NCBI GenBank assembly: GCA_963842945.1
Contig: CAWJIM010000001.1
Location: 161,440 to 225,439 of the forward strand
Direction of reading: 5' to 3'
DNA length: 64,000 nucleotides
Origin: an uncultured Gemmatimonadales bacterium
GTDB lineage: Bacteria; Gemmatimonadota; Gemmatimonadetes; Gemmatimonadales; GWC2-71-9
This document shows, piece by piece, positions 40,634 to 51,139 of the stretch. Under the pieces are notes generated by a model. It was not told the origin of the DNA. It saw only the letters and a program-made list of their open reading frames with translations, and did no database searches. Positions within the stretch are counted from its first letter, which is position 1. Each line of letters begins with the position of its first letter. The position numbers were made by a program, and so were the translations under genes.

Positions 40634-41214
40634 GATTCCGCCTCGACATACGCGGCCGCGTCGTCGGAGCCCTCGGCCACCGCACGATGCGGTCTCAGGG
40701 CAATGGTCAGCTCTTCGGCCTTGGGCAAGTCGGCCAGGTCTCGCAAGCCGAGCAACTCGAGAAAGAGCGGCGTGGTGCCGTACAACAACGGGCGGCCCAG
40801 CGCGTCGCTCCGTCCGACCACCTCGATCAATCCTCGCTCCTGCAGCGAGCGAAGCACCCCGCCGGCGGAGACGCCGCGGATTTCCTCGATCTCGATTCGG
40901 CCTACCGGCTGGCGGTACGCAATGACCGCAAGTGTCTCCAGCGTGGCGGCACTCAACTTTGGTGCCCGGACCGAAAACTGGGCCCGCTCCAGCGCCGCAG
41001 CGTGGACCGCCCGGGTGAGGATCTGGTAGCCTCCAGCCAGCTCGACCAGCTCCACCCCATGTTGATCGAAGTCGTAGTGCTCCCGAAGCTGCTCCAGCGC
41101 TACCCTGACATCGGCCACCGTGGCATCCGGATCGAGTGTTGCCATCTCCTCGGGAGTGATGGGACGGCAGGCGGAGAAGAGCGCGGCTTCAAGCAGCTGT
41201 GCGAGCGGAGTCAC
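40630..41214 (-). CDS. scpB: SMC-Scp complex subunit ScpB
   Basis: LEAALF, LETLAVIAYRQP, IEEIRGV, GRPLLYGTT. Confidence 0.96.
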   Translation of the reverse strand: MTPLAQLLEAALFSACRPITPEEMATLDPDATVADVRVALEQLREHYDFDQHGVELVELAGGYQILTRAVHAAALERAQFSVRAPKLSAATLETLAVIAYRQPVGRIEIEEIRGVSAGGVLRSLQERGLIEVVGRSDALGRPLLYGTTPLFLELLGLRDLADLPKAEELTIALRPHRAVAEGSDDAAAYVEAES

Positions 41215-41941
41215 GGGCAATCACCATGGGTGAGAAAGGTGTGGGCTGCACCAGCCGCACGCTGCCTCGCTTGGCCAGCTCCAGCAGCGCCAGCAAGGTG
41301 GAGAGCACGTCGACGATGGTGGGACGGGCACCGAGCGCGTCGAGCCAGCGAATCTCCTCCTTCTCCGCCAGCAGCGTCTCGATCCGGCGGGTGGCGCTCT
41401 CCACGTCCAGCGGCCGCGCCACTACCCGATGGAGAACCGGGAATGGAATGCCGGCCAGGACCCGCTCCACCGCGGAGAGCAGATCGAGGATCTCGACCTT
41501 GAGCGGTGGCGGCGGCTGGGCCGGTGGTGGAGGTAGATAACCTCGGGCGCAAAGCTCGGAGCGGCGCTCGGCCGCCCGCCCCATCCACACCGCAACCTCC
41601 CGGATCTGCTGATACTCGAGCAGCCGCCGCACCAGCTCCGCCCGCGGATCCTCCCAGCCGTCTTCCTCCGGGCGGCGGGGCAGCAGCATCTGCGCCTTGA
41701 GCCGCACCAGCCGGCTGGCCATGTCCAGGTAGTCTGCGGCCTGATTGAGACCCAGCTCGTGGATGGCCTGGAGAAACTGGTCCGCGATTCGGGCGATGGG
41801 GATGTCGGCGATCTCGAGCTGCTCTTCGCGCAGCAAGTGGAGCAGGAGATCCAGCGGGCCGGAGAAGGCCTCCAGCTCCACCACAAAGCCGGGACCGGCT
41901 CCGAGCGCGGTGGTCGGGGCCTCGGAGACTGGAGCGGTCAT
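41189..41941 (-). CDS. scpA: Segregation/condensation protein ScpA
   Basis: FSGPLDLLLHL, DPRAELVRRLLEYQ, LALLELAK. Confidence 0.95.
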   Translation of the reverse strand: MTAPVSEAPTTALGAGPGFVVELEAFSGPLDLLLHLLREEQLEIADIPIARIADQFLQAIHELGLNQAADYLDMASRLVRLKAQMLLPRRPEEDGWEDPRAELVRRLLEYQQIREVAVWMGRAAERRSELCARGYLPPPPAQPPPPLKVEILDLLSAVERVLAGIPFPVLHRVVARPLDVESATRRIETLLAEKEEIRWLDALGARPTIVDVLSTLLALLELAKRGSVRLVQPTPFSPMVIARDSARTAA

Positions 41942-42615
41942 GACTGAAAGATGTTCCATCCGTCACCTACGCTGAACGGGAGAATGATGTGGAGGAGAAA
42001 TCCCATTCCCTTGAACGCGGGTGTCAGCAGCAACGCCATAACAGGCCGAAACAGAAACATCAGGGCAAAGATCGGGAGATAGCCAAACCGTTGGAGCCCG
42101 CGGTACCAGCTTCCAGCGGCGGGTGGCAACACGTGGTATAGCAGATGCGAGCCGTCGAGCGGCGGAACCGGAATGAGATTGAAGAAGCAGAGGACCAGAT
42201 TGAGCCAGATCCCGTACACCAGCATCCGCTGCACGGTATCCAGCACGGGGGTCATGCCGCTCAAAGCCGGCGCGAGCATGCCGACCAGCACAAACGCAAC
42301 CGACCAGACCAAGGCCAGGATGAGATTGGTCGTCACCCCGGCAGCCGAAACCAGGATGTCGCCCTTGCGATAGTTCCTGAACTTGCGCGGATTCACCGGC
42401 ACCGGCTTGGCGCCGCCGAAGGTAAAGCTTCCCCCCGAGCCGAACCAGAGCAGGGCTGGAAGCAGAATGCTCATCCAGGGATCGATGTGTGGAAGCGGAT
42501 TTAGAGTCACGCGGCCGAGCATGTAGGCGGTGTCATCGCCTTGACGGAGCGCGACTGCCGCGTGGGCATATTCGTGAGCGACCATGGCAAAGACCAGCAT
42601 GGGAAGCGCGAGCAC
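41938..42615 (-). CDS. Site-2 protease (M50) family intramembrane metalloprotease; start uncertain
   Basis: HEYAH, GDDTA, FNLIPVPPLDGSH. Confidence 0.93.
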   Translation of the reverse strand: MLALPMLVFAMVAHEYAHAAVALRQGDDTAYMLGRVTLNPLPHIDPWMSILLPALLWFGSGGSFTFGGAKPVPVNPRKFRNYRKGDILVSAAGVTTNLILALVWSVAFVLVGMLAPALSGMTPVLDTVQRMLVYGIWLNLVLCFFNLIPVPPLDGSHLLYHVLPPAAGSWYRGLQRFGYLPIFALMFLFRPVMALLLTPAFKGMGFLLHIILPFSVGDGWNIFQS

Positions 42616-42708
42616 GAAGTCGCCGATGTGTCGATCCAGGGAACCATCCTATGCAAGGCCGCCGAAGGTTAAACGGACCCGAAGGCCAAAGTCAAAGTCG
42701 TTCGCCGC

Positions 42709-42737
42709 TTGACCTTGCAGTGTCACACCTCTATGTT
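42709..42737 (+). promoter_or_regulatory. Sigma70-type rpsT promoter
   Basis: TTGACC-N17-TATGTT. Confidence 0.6.
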
Positions 42738-42795
42738 TTCGCCTTCAACACGCCGGACCTGTTTCCGGTGAATCCTTCTTCTGTTTGAGGTCGCC

Positions 42796-43050
42796 GTGCC
42801 CCGAATCAGGTCTGCCGCCAAGCGCATGCGTCAAGCTCGTGCCCGAGCCACCCAAAATCGTACACAGCGGAGCCAGCTTCGCACTGCACTCAAGCGGGTG
42901 CGCACCGCTACCGGCGCCGAGGCCAAGGCCGCCTACGACGACGCGGTCAAGCTGTTGGACCGCGCGGGCCAGAAGAGCATCATTCACAAGAACGCCGCCG
43001 CCCGGCAAAAGAGCCGGCTGGCCAAGCTGGTCGGGTCCAAGAAGGCGTGA
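42796..43050 (+). CDS. rpsT: 30S ribosomal protein S20
   Basis: SAAKRMRQ...N, IIHKNAAARQKSRL; GAGG RBS, GTG start. Confidence 0.97.
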   Translation: MPRIRSAAKRMRQARARATQNRTQRSQLRTALKRVRTATGAEAKAAYDDAVKLLDRAGQKSIIHKNAAARQKSRLAKLVGSKKA

Positions 43051-43217
43051 GCGGTGAGCGGTGAGCGGGAGATACCCGCCACGATGTGAGAAGGGGCGCC
43101 CAGGCGCCCCTTAGTTTTTGTGGGATCTGTAACCACCGCCTTACGTTCACCGTTGACCCCCTCACTGCTCACGCTTTTTCAGTCACCGCTCACGCTTTTG
43201 CAGTTACCGTTCACGCT
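43048..43217. repeat. (TGAGCGG)3 array and complementary ~21-nt-period CGCTCACGCTTTT array
   Basis: First array starts in the rpsT stop codon; partner units at 43144-43217. Confidence 0.75.
43091..43119 (+). terminator. Intrinsic terminator after rpsT
   Basis: AAGGGGCGCC..GGCGCCCCTT followed by AGTTTTT. Confidence 0.75.
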
Positions 43218-43233
43218 GTTCCTTCCCCGTCTT

Positions 43234-44094
43234 TCAGACCCCCGCCAGCTCCGCCCCGCACCGCTCGCAGTACCACTCGGTCGGCCGGTTGAGCGTGCCG
43301 CACTCGCCACACTTGAGGGTCTTCGCTACACCGGCTGCCGCCTTGCTCACCGTGGGGATGGTTTGGACCGCGGGTTCCTGAGCCTTGGGCGGAGCGCTGG
43401 TAGCGGTTGGCGCCGCCATTCCAGGATTGCTGGGCCGGCCTCGCGGTCTCGGCTCCTCGTCCGACACCGATTTCAGAAACTCCAGCTCGTCTCCCGCCGG
43501 CGCTTCTGGTGCCGGTCTCGCGGCTTTGGGTGGGGCGTACCGGCTCGAGTCCTCCACCGGCTCAGCGACATTGGTCACCATTGGAGCCTGCTCTACCACC
43601 TCGGGGCGCGGCGCTGGCCGCGGCGGCGGGGGTGGAGCACTGGATCCGCCGCTCCGCGGTGAGCTGATGACGCCCTGAATCCCGGTGAGGCGGGTGATCT
43701 CCGCGCCGATGCTGCGCAGGCGATTCCGGAGCTGGTCGATCTCGCGCCGGCTGTCTTCACTGACGCGGCGCCACTCGTCCTCCGAGTACTCTCCCACCGA
43801 ATGGCGGACCTCCGCTTCGGCCAGCGCCTCTTCGGCCGCCCGCCGCTGCCGGTCGAGCTCAGCCTGAGAGGCGTGATGCCGCTCGAGCTCCTCGCTGATC
43901 GCGGAGCCCCGGCCCCGCAGCTGCTCCATGACGGCCTGTAACCGGGCCTCGTAGTCGCCCCGCACCCGCTGCCGCACTGCCGGCGGAGCCTTGTCGCCCG
44001 AGGCATCGAGCTTGTTCAGCCACTCTTCGTACTGACGGCGCTGCTCCAGCAGCTCCTCGATCGTGGCTTCCGCTTCCTGAATTGTCTTGTTCAT
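43234..44094 (-). CDS. Coiled-coil protein with Pro/Ala linker and C-terminal zinc ribbon
   Basis: Long heptad region, ELEFL motif, CGEC-x10-CERC; GAGG RBS. Confidence 0.8.
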   Translation of the reverse strand: MNKTIQEAEATIEELLEQRRQYEEWLNKLDASGDKAPPAVRQRVRGDYEARLQAVMEQLRGRGSAISEELERHHASQAELDRQRRAAEEALAEAEVRHSVGEYSEDEWRRVSEDSRREIDQLRNRLRSIGAEITRLTGIQGVISSPRSGGSSAPPPPPRPAPRPEVVEQAPMVTNVAEPVEDSSRYAPPKAARPAPEAPAGDELEFLKSVSDEEPRPRGRPSNPGMAAPTATSAPPKAQEPAVQTIPTVSKAAAGVAKTLKCGECGTLNRPTEWYCERCGAELAGV

Positions 44095-44198
44095 GGGAGA
44101 CGTTCCTCTCATCCGGTCTACGACCAACGATTTCGGGACTCTGCCGATCTGGCTCCCCTGTGGTGCGCCAGGCCAGGCGAACCGGGGGCTCACCACGA

Positions 44199-44213
44199 GC
44201 AATCCTATCGCCG
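44199..44213 (-). promoter_or_regulatory. Candidate sigma54 promoter
   Basis: CGGCGATAGGATTGC (GG-N10-GC, TTGC at -12) about 105 nt upstream of ATG; AT-rich tract upstream. Confidence 0.45.
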
Positions 44214-44330
44214 GCAACCACGCATTTTGGGGATGTACGTCATCAGGGGATGATCTCTAAATCTAATTGAGTGCTCAGCCCGCGGTACCCGCTGCCACAA
44301 CGATCTAGGGAATTGACCTCATCCAGATCG

Positions 44331-45623
44331 TCAGGCATCCGCCTCCCGCCGATAGACCACCTGGCCCCGGACAATCGTGAGCTCGGCTCGGCCGGTCAGG
44401 CGGCGTCCGCCGAAGGGCGTGTTCCGGCTCCGGGAATAGAATCGGGCCGGATCCACGGTCCATTGTGCCGCGGGGTCACAGATCGTGACGTCGGCCGGAG
44501 CGCCCGGTGCCAGCGACCCGCCCGGCAGGTTGAAGATGCGGGCCGGCACGGTGCTCATCCGGTTGATCAGATCGCATAGCGTCAGCAGTCCGGTGCCGAT
44601 CAGCTCGGTGACCGCGAGGCCGAACGCCGTCTCCAGCCCGATGATGCCGTTGGGCGCGTCATCGAATTCCCGCTCCTTGGCATCGTAGTGATGGGGCGCG
44701 TGGTCGGTGCAGATGGCGTCGATGGTTCCGTCCCTGAGTCCCTGGCGGATTGCTTCCCGGTCCTCCGGTTCCCGGAGCGGCGGGTTCATCTTCGCGTTGG
44801 TGTTGTACCCCTCGCACTGCTCGTGCGTGAGGGTGAAATGATGAGGACACGCCTCAGCGGTCACCCGGATACCCTTCTCCTTGGCCCGCCGAATCAGCTC
44901 CACTGAGCCCCGGGTCGACATGTGACAGAGATGCACGTGACCGCCGGTGTGCTCCGCCAGAAGAATGTCGCGGGCCACCATGATCTCCTCGGCCGCCGAG
45001 GGAATTCCCTTGAGTCCGAGCCGAGTGGAGACGATGCCCTCGTGCATGGCGCCGCCGGCAGACAGCGTGGGATCTTCACAATGATCCGCTACCGGAATGC
45101 CGAAGGTGCGGGCGTACTCCAGCGCGGTGCGCATCAGATGACTCGACACCACCGGCTTGCCATCGTCGCTGACCGCGACCGCCCCTGCCCCGACCAGCTC
45201 GCCGAACTCGGCGAGCTGCTGCCCTTTCTGACCCAGAGAGATCGCGCCGATGGGATAGACCCGCGCCTTTCCCGCGCGCTGGGCCTGGCTCACGATGAAT
45301 CCCACCGCCGCCTGATTGTCGGTGACCGGATCGGTGTTCGGCATGGCGCACACGGCGGTGAATCCTCCCGCCGCCGCGGCCATCGACCCGGACGCCACCG
45401 TCTCCAGATCCTCCTGTCCCGGCTCACGCAGATGCACATGCAAGTCGATCAGGCCGGGCGATACCACTTTCCCGCTGGCGTCGATGGTGAGTGCGTCATC
45501 CGGGGAGCCGAGGCTTCGGCCTACGTCAGCGACTTTGCCATCCTGCAGGTAGACGTCGGCCACGCCATCGGCCCCGCGCGCGGGATCGATCACCCGGCCG
45601 CCGCGGATCAGGATCGGCCTCAC
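44331..45623 (-). CDS. pyrC: Dihydroorotase
   Basis: [33 protein letters not shown]. Confidence 0.96.
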   Translation of the reverse strand: MRPILIRGGRVIDPARGADGVADVYLQDGKVADVGRSLGSPDDALTIDASGKVVSPGLIDLHVHLREPGQEDLETVASGSMAAAAGGFTAVCAMPNTDPVTDNQAAVGFIVSQAQRAGKARVYPIGAISLGQKGQQLAEFGELVGAGAVAVSDDGKPVVSSHLMRTALEYARTFGIPVADHCEDPTLSAGGAMHEGIVSTRLGLKGIPSAAEEIMVARDILLAEHTGGHVHLCHMSTRGSVELIRRAKEKGIRVTAEACPHHFTLTHEQCEGYNTNAKMNPPLREPEDREAIRQGLRDGTIDAICTDHAPHHYDAKEREFDDAPNGIIGLETAFGLAVTELIGTGLLTLCDLINRMSTVPARIFNLPGGSLAPGAPADVTICDPAAQWTVDPARFYSRSRNTPFGGRRLTGRAELTIVRGQVVYRREADA

Positions 45624-46579
45624 CGTTGGCCCTCCCCATCGCTGGCCCAGTCCGGCGCTCCGCCCGCCAGCAGGTAGAGCACCGCCATCCGGACGGCCAC
45701 ACCGTTGGTTACCTGCGGCAGGATCACGCTGTGCGGTCCGTCCGCCACGTCGCTGTCGATCTCCACGCCTCGATTCATTGGTCCGGGATGCAGGATCAGC
45801 AGGTCTTTCGGCGCCCGGGCCAGCCGCTCATTGGTAACCCCGAACACCCGGTTGTATTCCCGGAGGGACGGAAGAAATCCGCTTTCCATCCGCTCCAGCT
45901 GAAGCCGGAGCACGTTGAGCGCGTCGGCCCACTGGATGGCGTCCTCGATCCGCGGCAGAATGGTGACACCCAGCTCCTCGACGTGGCGAGGCAGCAGCGA
46001 CGCCGGTCCGCACACGCCGACCTCCGCGCCCAGCTTGATGAGGCCCCAGATGTTGCTCCGGGCCACCCTGCTGTGCAGAATGTCGCCGCAGATCGCGATC
46101 TTCAGTCCCTTGATCCGGCCGAAGCGGTCGCGCAGCGTGAGCATGTCCAGCAGGCCCTGGGTCGGATGCTCGTGCTTGCCGTCGCCCGCGTTGATCACGT
46201 TGGAGCGGATCCGCTGTCCCAGGAATTGCGCCGCGCCCGAGGCGCCATGCCGGATCACCACCATGTCGATCCGCATGGCCTCCAGGTTCTTGGCAGTGTC
46301 CACCAGGGTCTCGCCTTTGCTGACGGACGAGCCGGCGGCCGCCACGTTCACCGTGTCGGCGGAGAGCCGCTTCTCGGCAAACTCGAAGGAGATTCGGGTC
46401 CGGGTCGAGGCCTCGAAGAACAGGTTCACGATGGTCTTTCCCCGGAGTGCGGGCACCTTCTTGATCGCCCGTTCACTCACCTCCTTGAACGGCTCGGCCG
46501 TGTCCAGGATGAGCTGGATCTGCTCGGCGCTAAGCGGCTCCAGGCCGACGAGGTCCTTTCCGAGACTCGGAGCGCTCAT
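45620..46579 (-). CDS. pyrB: Aspartate carbamoyltransferase catalytic subunit
   Basis: [28 protein letters not shown]. Confidence 0.98.
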   Translation of the reverse strand: MSAPSLGKDLVGLEPLSAEQIQLILDTAEPFKEVSERAIKKVPALRGKTIVNLFFEASTRTRISFEFAEKRLSADTVNVAAAGSSVSKGETLVDTAKNLEAMRIDMVVIRHGASGAAQFLGQRIRSNVINAGDGKHEHPTQGLLDMLTLRDRFGRIKGLKIAICGDILHSRVARSNIWGLIKLGAEVGVCGPASLLPRHVEELGVTILPRIEDAIQWADALNVLRLQLERMESGFLPSLREYNRVFGVTNERLARAPKDLLILHPGPMNRGVEIDSDVADGPHSVILPQVTNGVAVRMAVLYLLAGGAPDWASDGEGQR

Positions 46580-46583
46580 GCGG

Positions 46584-47120
46584 TCATTTCCCTCTCACCA
46601 GCTCAACCACGTCCCGTCCATCCAATTCGCTCACCAGCACATCCACCCGATCCCCCGGCGTAGTGCTCACCGTGGTGCCCACCACATCGGCCTGGATCGG
46701 GAGCTCGCGACCACCGCGGTCGATCAGCACACAGAGCAAGATCCGTCTCGGTCGGCCGAAGTCGGCACATTCATCGAGCGCCGCGCGAACGGTCCGGCCG
46801 GTGTACAGCACGTCATCCACGATCACCACGGTGCGGCCATCCAGATCGGGCAGGCTGGTTTCGCCCACCACTGGACGGGGCCCAATGGTCTGCAGATCGT
46901 CGCGATATAAGGTGATGTCCAGTTTGCCGACGGAAAGATTGGAGCCTTCGGACGAGTCGATGAGGCGTTTGAGCCGGCCGGCCAGCTCCACCCCCCGGCG
47001 CTGAATGCCCACCAGCACGAGGGTCTCAGTGCCCCGGCTCCGTTCAACAATCTCACTGGCCATGCGCGCGAGAGTCCGACCGAAGGCGCGCTCGTCCAGG
47101 AGTGGGGTCCGAGAGGGCAT
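46584..47120 (-). CDS. pyrR: PyrR bifunctional regulator/uracil phosphoribosyltransferase
   Basis: [28 protein letters not shown]. Confidence 0.96.
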   Translation of the reverse strand: MPSRTPLLDERAFGRTLARMASEIVERSRGTETLVLVGIQRRGVELAGRLKRLIDSSEGSNLSVGKLDITLYRDDLQTIGPRPVVGETSLPDLDGRTVVIVDDVLYTGRTVRAALDECADFGRPRRILLCVLIDRGGRELPIQADVVGTTVSTTPGDRVDVLVSELDGRDVVELVRGK

Positions 47121-47159
47121 CGGGGCGGGAAGCTAGCGGTGAAGGCGTCAGTTAACAAC

Positions 47160-47347
47160 AGCGTGAGCGGGACTAGAACAAGCGTGAGCGGGGTGAGTCC
47201 ATCGCGACTATCGCGACACACTCCACCATCCTGCCACGGTCATCTACCTTAAGGTGATGTTTGTCCCTGGGGTGGGATTCCCGCTCACGTTCGTCCCTTC
47301 GCTGCGCTCAGGGCAGGCTTAGTCCCGCTTACGCTTTTTCTAGTCCC
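47160..47347. repeat. Inverted compound repeat (GCGTGAGCGGGACTAGA family) enclosing a REP-like half site
   Basis: GGGACTAGAACAAGCGTGAGCGGG pairs with CCCGCTTACGCTTTTTCTAGTCCC; CCTTCGCTGCGCTCAGG at ~47296-47312. Confidence 0.75.
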
Positions 47348-47358
47348 GGCGGTACCGA

Positions 47359-47445
47359 CGGACAGGGAGGGATTCGAACCCTCGATACCCTTGCGAGTAT
47401 GCCACCTTTCCAGGGTGGTGCCTTCAACCACTCGGCCACCTGTCC
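47359..47445 (-). tRNA. tRNA-Ser(GGA), CCA not encoded
   Basis: Acceptor GGACAGG/CCTGTCC, anticodon arm CCACC-CTGGAAA-GGTGG, long variable arm, TTCGAAT loop, G discriminator. Confidence 0.97.
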
Positions 47446-47507
47446 TGAACCGTTGTCGGGCGGCAACTTAGCGGTCTGAGAGAGGAAGATCAACGTGAGT
47501 CTGACGG

Positions 47508-48713
47508 GTGAGTGACGCCTACATCACCGCCGCCGTGCGCACGCCGGTGGGACGAGCCGGCGGGGCTCTGGCTGAGGTGCGGCCGGACGATCTGGCGGCG
47601 ATCGCGCTGCGCGGAGTGGTGGAGCGAGGCCGACTCCCGCCCGACCGGATCGACGACGTCATTCTGGGTTGCACCAACCAGGCGGGCGAGGACAACCGGA
47701 ATGTCGCCCGGATGGCTGCACTGCTCGCGGGACTTCCGGTGGAGATTCCGGGCCAGACGGTAAACCGTCTCTGCGGCTCGGGTCTTCAGGCGGTGGTCAC
47801 CGCCTCACACGCCATTCGCGCCGGCGAGGGCGACCTCTTCCTGGCCGGCGGCGTGGAGAGCATGACCCGAGCGCCGTACGTAATGCTGAAGAATGGGCGG
47901 GCATGGGACCGCACTCCGCCCGCCATCGCCGATACCACCGTAGGCTGGCGGTTCGTGAACCCCCGGATGCATGCGGCCTGGACGATATCGCTCGGTGAGA
48001 CCGCCGAGCGCGTGGCCGGCTCCTACCGGATCAGCCGGACCGAGCAGGATGAGTTCGCGCTGGAGAGTCAGCGCCGAGCCGAGTCGGCGGTGAAGGCGGG
48101 GAGGTTCGCCGAGGAGATGATCGCGGTGCCGGTGGGCGCCGGCCGCGAGATCTGCCGGGACGAGACCCCGAGATCCGATGTCACCCTGCAGCAACTCGCT
48201 CAGCTGAAGCCGGCGTTCCTTGCCGAAGGCACAGTGACGGCGGGAACATCGAGTGGCATCACCGATGGGGCCGCCGCGATGGCGGTCGCCAGCGGCAGCG
48301 CTGTCTCGAGCTGGGGCTTCGAGCCCCTGGCGCGCGTGGTGGCAACGGCCGTCGCGGGCGTCGATCCCAGCTGCATGGGCCTCGGCCCGATACCCGCCAC
48401 CCGGAAAGCGCTGCAGCGCGCTCGTCTGACTGTCGATCAGCTGGACCTGATCGAGCTGAACGAGGCGTTTGCCGCCCAGGCCATTGCCTGTATCCGCGAG
48501 CTCCAGCTCGACCCCCAGCGCGTGAACATCTACGGAGGAGCCATCGCGCTGGGCCATCCACTCGGCGCCAGCGGCGCCAGGATCCTCACCACCCTGGTTC
48601 ACGCGCTCCGGCGCACCGGCAGGCGCTACGGTCTGGCCACAATGTGCATCGGAGTGGGCCAGGGCATAGCAGTCATCGTGGAATCAACGAGTGCAACGGC
48701 CACGGCAAAATAG
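47508..48713 (+). CDS. Thiolase (acetyl-CoA C-acyltransferase, PcaF/PaaJ-like)
   Basis: NQAGEDNRNVAR, NRLCGSG, NEAFA, GHPLGASG, MCIGVGQG. Confidence 0.93.
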   Translation: MSDAYITAAVRTPVGRAGGALAEVRPDDLAAIALRGVVERGRLPPDRIDDVILGCTNQAGEDNRNVARMAALLAGLPVEIPGQTVNRLCGSGLQAVVTASHAIRAGEGDLFLAGGVESMTRAPYVMLKNGRAWDRTPPAIADTTVGWRFVNPRMHAAWTISLGETAERVAGSYRISRTEQDEFALESQRRAESAVKAGRFAEEMIAVPVGAGREICRDETPRSDVTLQQLAQLKPAFLAEGTVTAGTSSGITDGAAAMAVASGSAVSSWGFEPLARVVATAVAGVDPSCMGLGPIPATRKALQRARLTVDQLDLIELNEAFAAQAIACIRELQLDPQRVNIYGGAIALGHPLGASGARILTTLVHALRRTGRRYGLATMCIGVGQGIAVIVESTSATATAK

Positions 48714-48734
48714 GCGCCCTCCATCTCGGGGCGT

Positions 48735-48777
48735 CAGCTCGCCAGTCGCCAGTCGGCAGTTGCTAGTCTCTAGTCGC
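48735..48777. repeat. Degenerate heptamer array (CAGTCGC)~6
   Basis: cagctcgc cagtcgc cagtcgg cagttgc tagtctc tagtcgc between convergent stops. Confidence 0.7.
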
Positions 48778-48811
48778 TCTGGCTAGTTGCCATGGCTAAC
48801 GACTTCTACGC

Positions 48812-50998
48812 CTACGGCGTAGCGGGTTCAATCTCGGGTCCCAACTGCCACAACAGGAAGCTGTAGATGTCGGCCGCCTCATTGGCCCGCTGGTCCGTAG
48901 TGAGCCCCATGCCGTGCCCCGCGTCAAATGCAACTCGGAGCAGGACCGGACGTCCCGGAGTGCTCTGCTCCTGCAGGACCGCCGTCATCTTCGCCGGCTC
49001 CCAAGCCTCCAACCGGGAATCGTTGATCCCCGCCGTCAGCAGCACCGCCGGATAGCGAACCCCCGCCCGCACGTGCTCTGTGGCATCCATCTCTCTGAGC
49101 GCGTTGAACTCCTCTTTCTTGGCAGTGGTGCCGAACTCGGGAATGTTTCCCGGACCGTTCGGCTGGTGCTCGGTCCGGAGCGCGTTGAGCACACCCACTC
49201 TCGGCACAGCCGCGCGGAAGAGATCGGGCCGCTCGGTGATCGCCCGGCCAATCAGAATTCCGCCTGCGCTGGTACCGGTACCGGCCAAATGTTCCGGCGA
49301 GGTATAGCCTTGCTTTACCAGATACTCTGCACAGGCGATGAAATCCTTCCAGGTATTCGGCTTGTTGGTCTTCTGTCCGGCCCTGTGCCAGGCTTCCCCG
49401 TACTCCCCACCACCCCGCACGTGCGCCACCGCGAACACCCCGCCCCGCTCCAGCCAGGCGAGACGCTGCGAGCTGAACGATGGATCGTAGGTGACGCCGT
49501 GGGAGCCATAGCCGTCGAGCAGCAAGCGGATGAGACCCGTCACGCTTCAAACCCTTCCGGTACACAATGGAAAGCGGCACCCGTACTCCATCGTGGCTGG
49601 GCACCTCGACCTCGACCGACTCATAGTCGGACACATCGACCTTTGCCGGATCGAGAAGCCGCGTATCGCTCGGCTGCCCCTGCCCTGGTGTGTAGTGATA
49701 CCAGAGCCGGGACCGGGTCCAGGATTCCAGTGGGAAGATGACGCCCGGGCGGCGGCGATCGGTGTAGATCGCCTGAATCGCCCCGTCCTCCGGCAGCGGT
49801 ACCGCCGCGCCGCCTCTCCCGCCAAACGGCACCCGCCGCAACCGGCCGAGTCCGCCGTCCAGCTCCTTCACGTAGAGTGCGTCGTGGGCGACCGCGATGT
49901 TGGTCAGGACGGTCTTCCCTTCCGGCACGATCACCTCCGCCCCGCCAGATTGGGCGCGTCGGCCCGGATCCGGAGAATCTTGAACCGGGGCGCATTCTTA
50001 TGAGTGAGGAGATAGACGTCGGTACCGTGGAAGTCGGCATAGGTGACCTGGTCCTCCACGTCCACCAGCTTGCGCCAGGTGGTCGCCGCACCGCGCAGCT
50101 GATCGGCCCGGGTGGCGTACAGCGTGATCTCGTTCCTCACTCCGTGGAAGATGAACGCGTAGACGAAGGGCGAACCCTCCACTGGAACCACAATTGGGAA
50201 ATCATCCGGGTCCACCTTCACCGACGGGTTCAAGCCTGGCCCCAGAATCATCGAGTCGCGCGCGACTGGCTGGCCCACCCTGTGGCGGAATGCGGCGCTA
50301 TTCCGGTAACGGAGGTCAGGGTTGGTGTCTCCCGCCTGACTGAGCTGGGTGTAGTAGAACGCCTGGTGGCCCGGCTCCCAGTTCACCGCGCCGAACTGTA
50401 CCCGCGGTATAGAGTCCGGAATCAGATGGGCTTTCCCTGGATCCATCAGGTACAGCATGGTGTGCTCCGAGCCACCCAGGGAGGCGCCATATGCCACCAG
50501 CTCTCCGTCCGGCGCGGGCACGACATAGTCGATGGCCCAATGACTATCGGATGGCTTGGGGAGGGTACCAGGGTCGAGCAGCAACCGGTCGGACTTCGCC
50601 CCGAGATCCCGGACGTAGAGCTTGGGGACTTGCTCGCCAGGGGCGAGCTTGAGATAGAACCAGCGCCGGTCGGCCGGGATGACCACGGAAACCGAGGTTG
50701 TGATGTCCGCCAGCTCCAGGAGCCGAGCCAGAAGTTTGGGCCGCTGGGGCAGACTATCGAGCACCTCCCGGGTATAGGCGTTTTGTCGGCGAAGCCATTC
50801 CATGAACTCCGGATTCCGGTCCACTGGCGGCTCCATCCAGCGGTACGGGTCTGTGATGACGGTACCGAAGTAGGTGTCGGCCACCTCGCGCTTGGGAGTC
50901 AGCGGCGGAGCTGATTGAGCTTGGGCAAGGCGCAGGGGAGCCGCGGTCAGGCACAGCAGGAGAGCCGTGAGCGAAATAGAAGGAGGGCGAGTCGTCAT
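48812..50998 (-). CDS. Exported prolyl oligopeptidase (S9A), apparent frameshifts near 49941 and 49525
   Basis: Signal peptide, DPYRWME, SHDGVRVP, VRGGGEYG, GTSAGG (Ser), NDSR (Asp), AGHG (His) across three consecutive frames. Confidence 0.88.
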
Positions 50999-51037
50999 GA
51001 GCCACTCCCGAAGGAGGTTAAACGGACGGTGAGGACC

Positions 51038-51139
51038 ATGACCACCACCGCCGCTCGCCGCCGAAGGTTCCACGAGCTGCACCAATCCGGCTGCTTCGTG
51101 ATCCCGAACCCTTGGGACGTCGGCAGCGCGACCCGCTAG
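51038..51139 (+). pseudogene. 5' remnant of an isocitrate lyase/PEP mutase family gene
   Basis: GAGG RBS plus MTTTAARRRRFHELHQSGCFVIPNPWDVGSATR*; PNPWDVGSA is the family N-terminal motif; only 33 codons. Confidence 0.7.

Noticed and set aside
43144..43217. 21-nt periodic repeats as a mini CRISPR array
   Set aside because: Units are tandem with no unique spacers, too short, and no cas genes are present.
47121..47358. PyrR-binding attenuator upstream of pyrR
   Set aside because: No recognisable PyrR binding-loop consensus; the inverted repeats belong to the dispersed repeat family, and a promoter seems to lie right before the ATG.
47359..47445. tRNA-Ser as integration site of an island
   Set aside because: No integrase and no duplicated tRNA 3' end found by eye; core pyr genes follow the 3' end.
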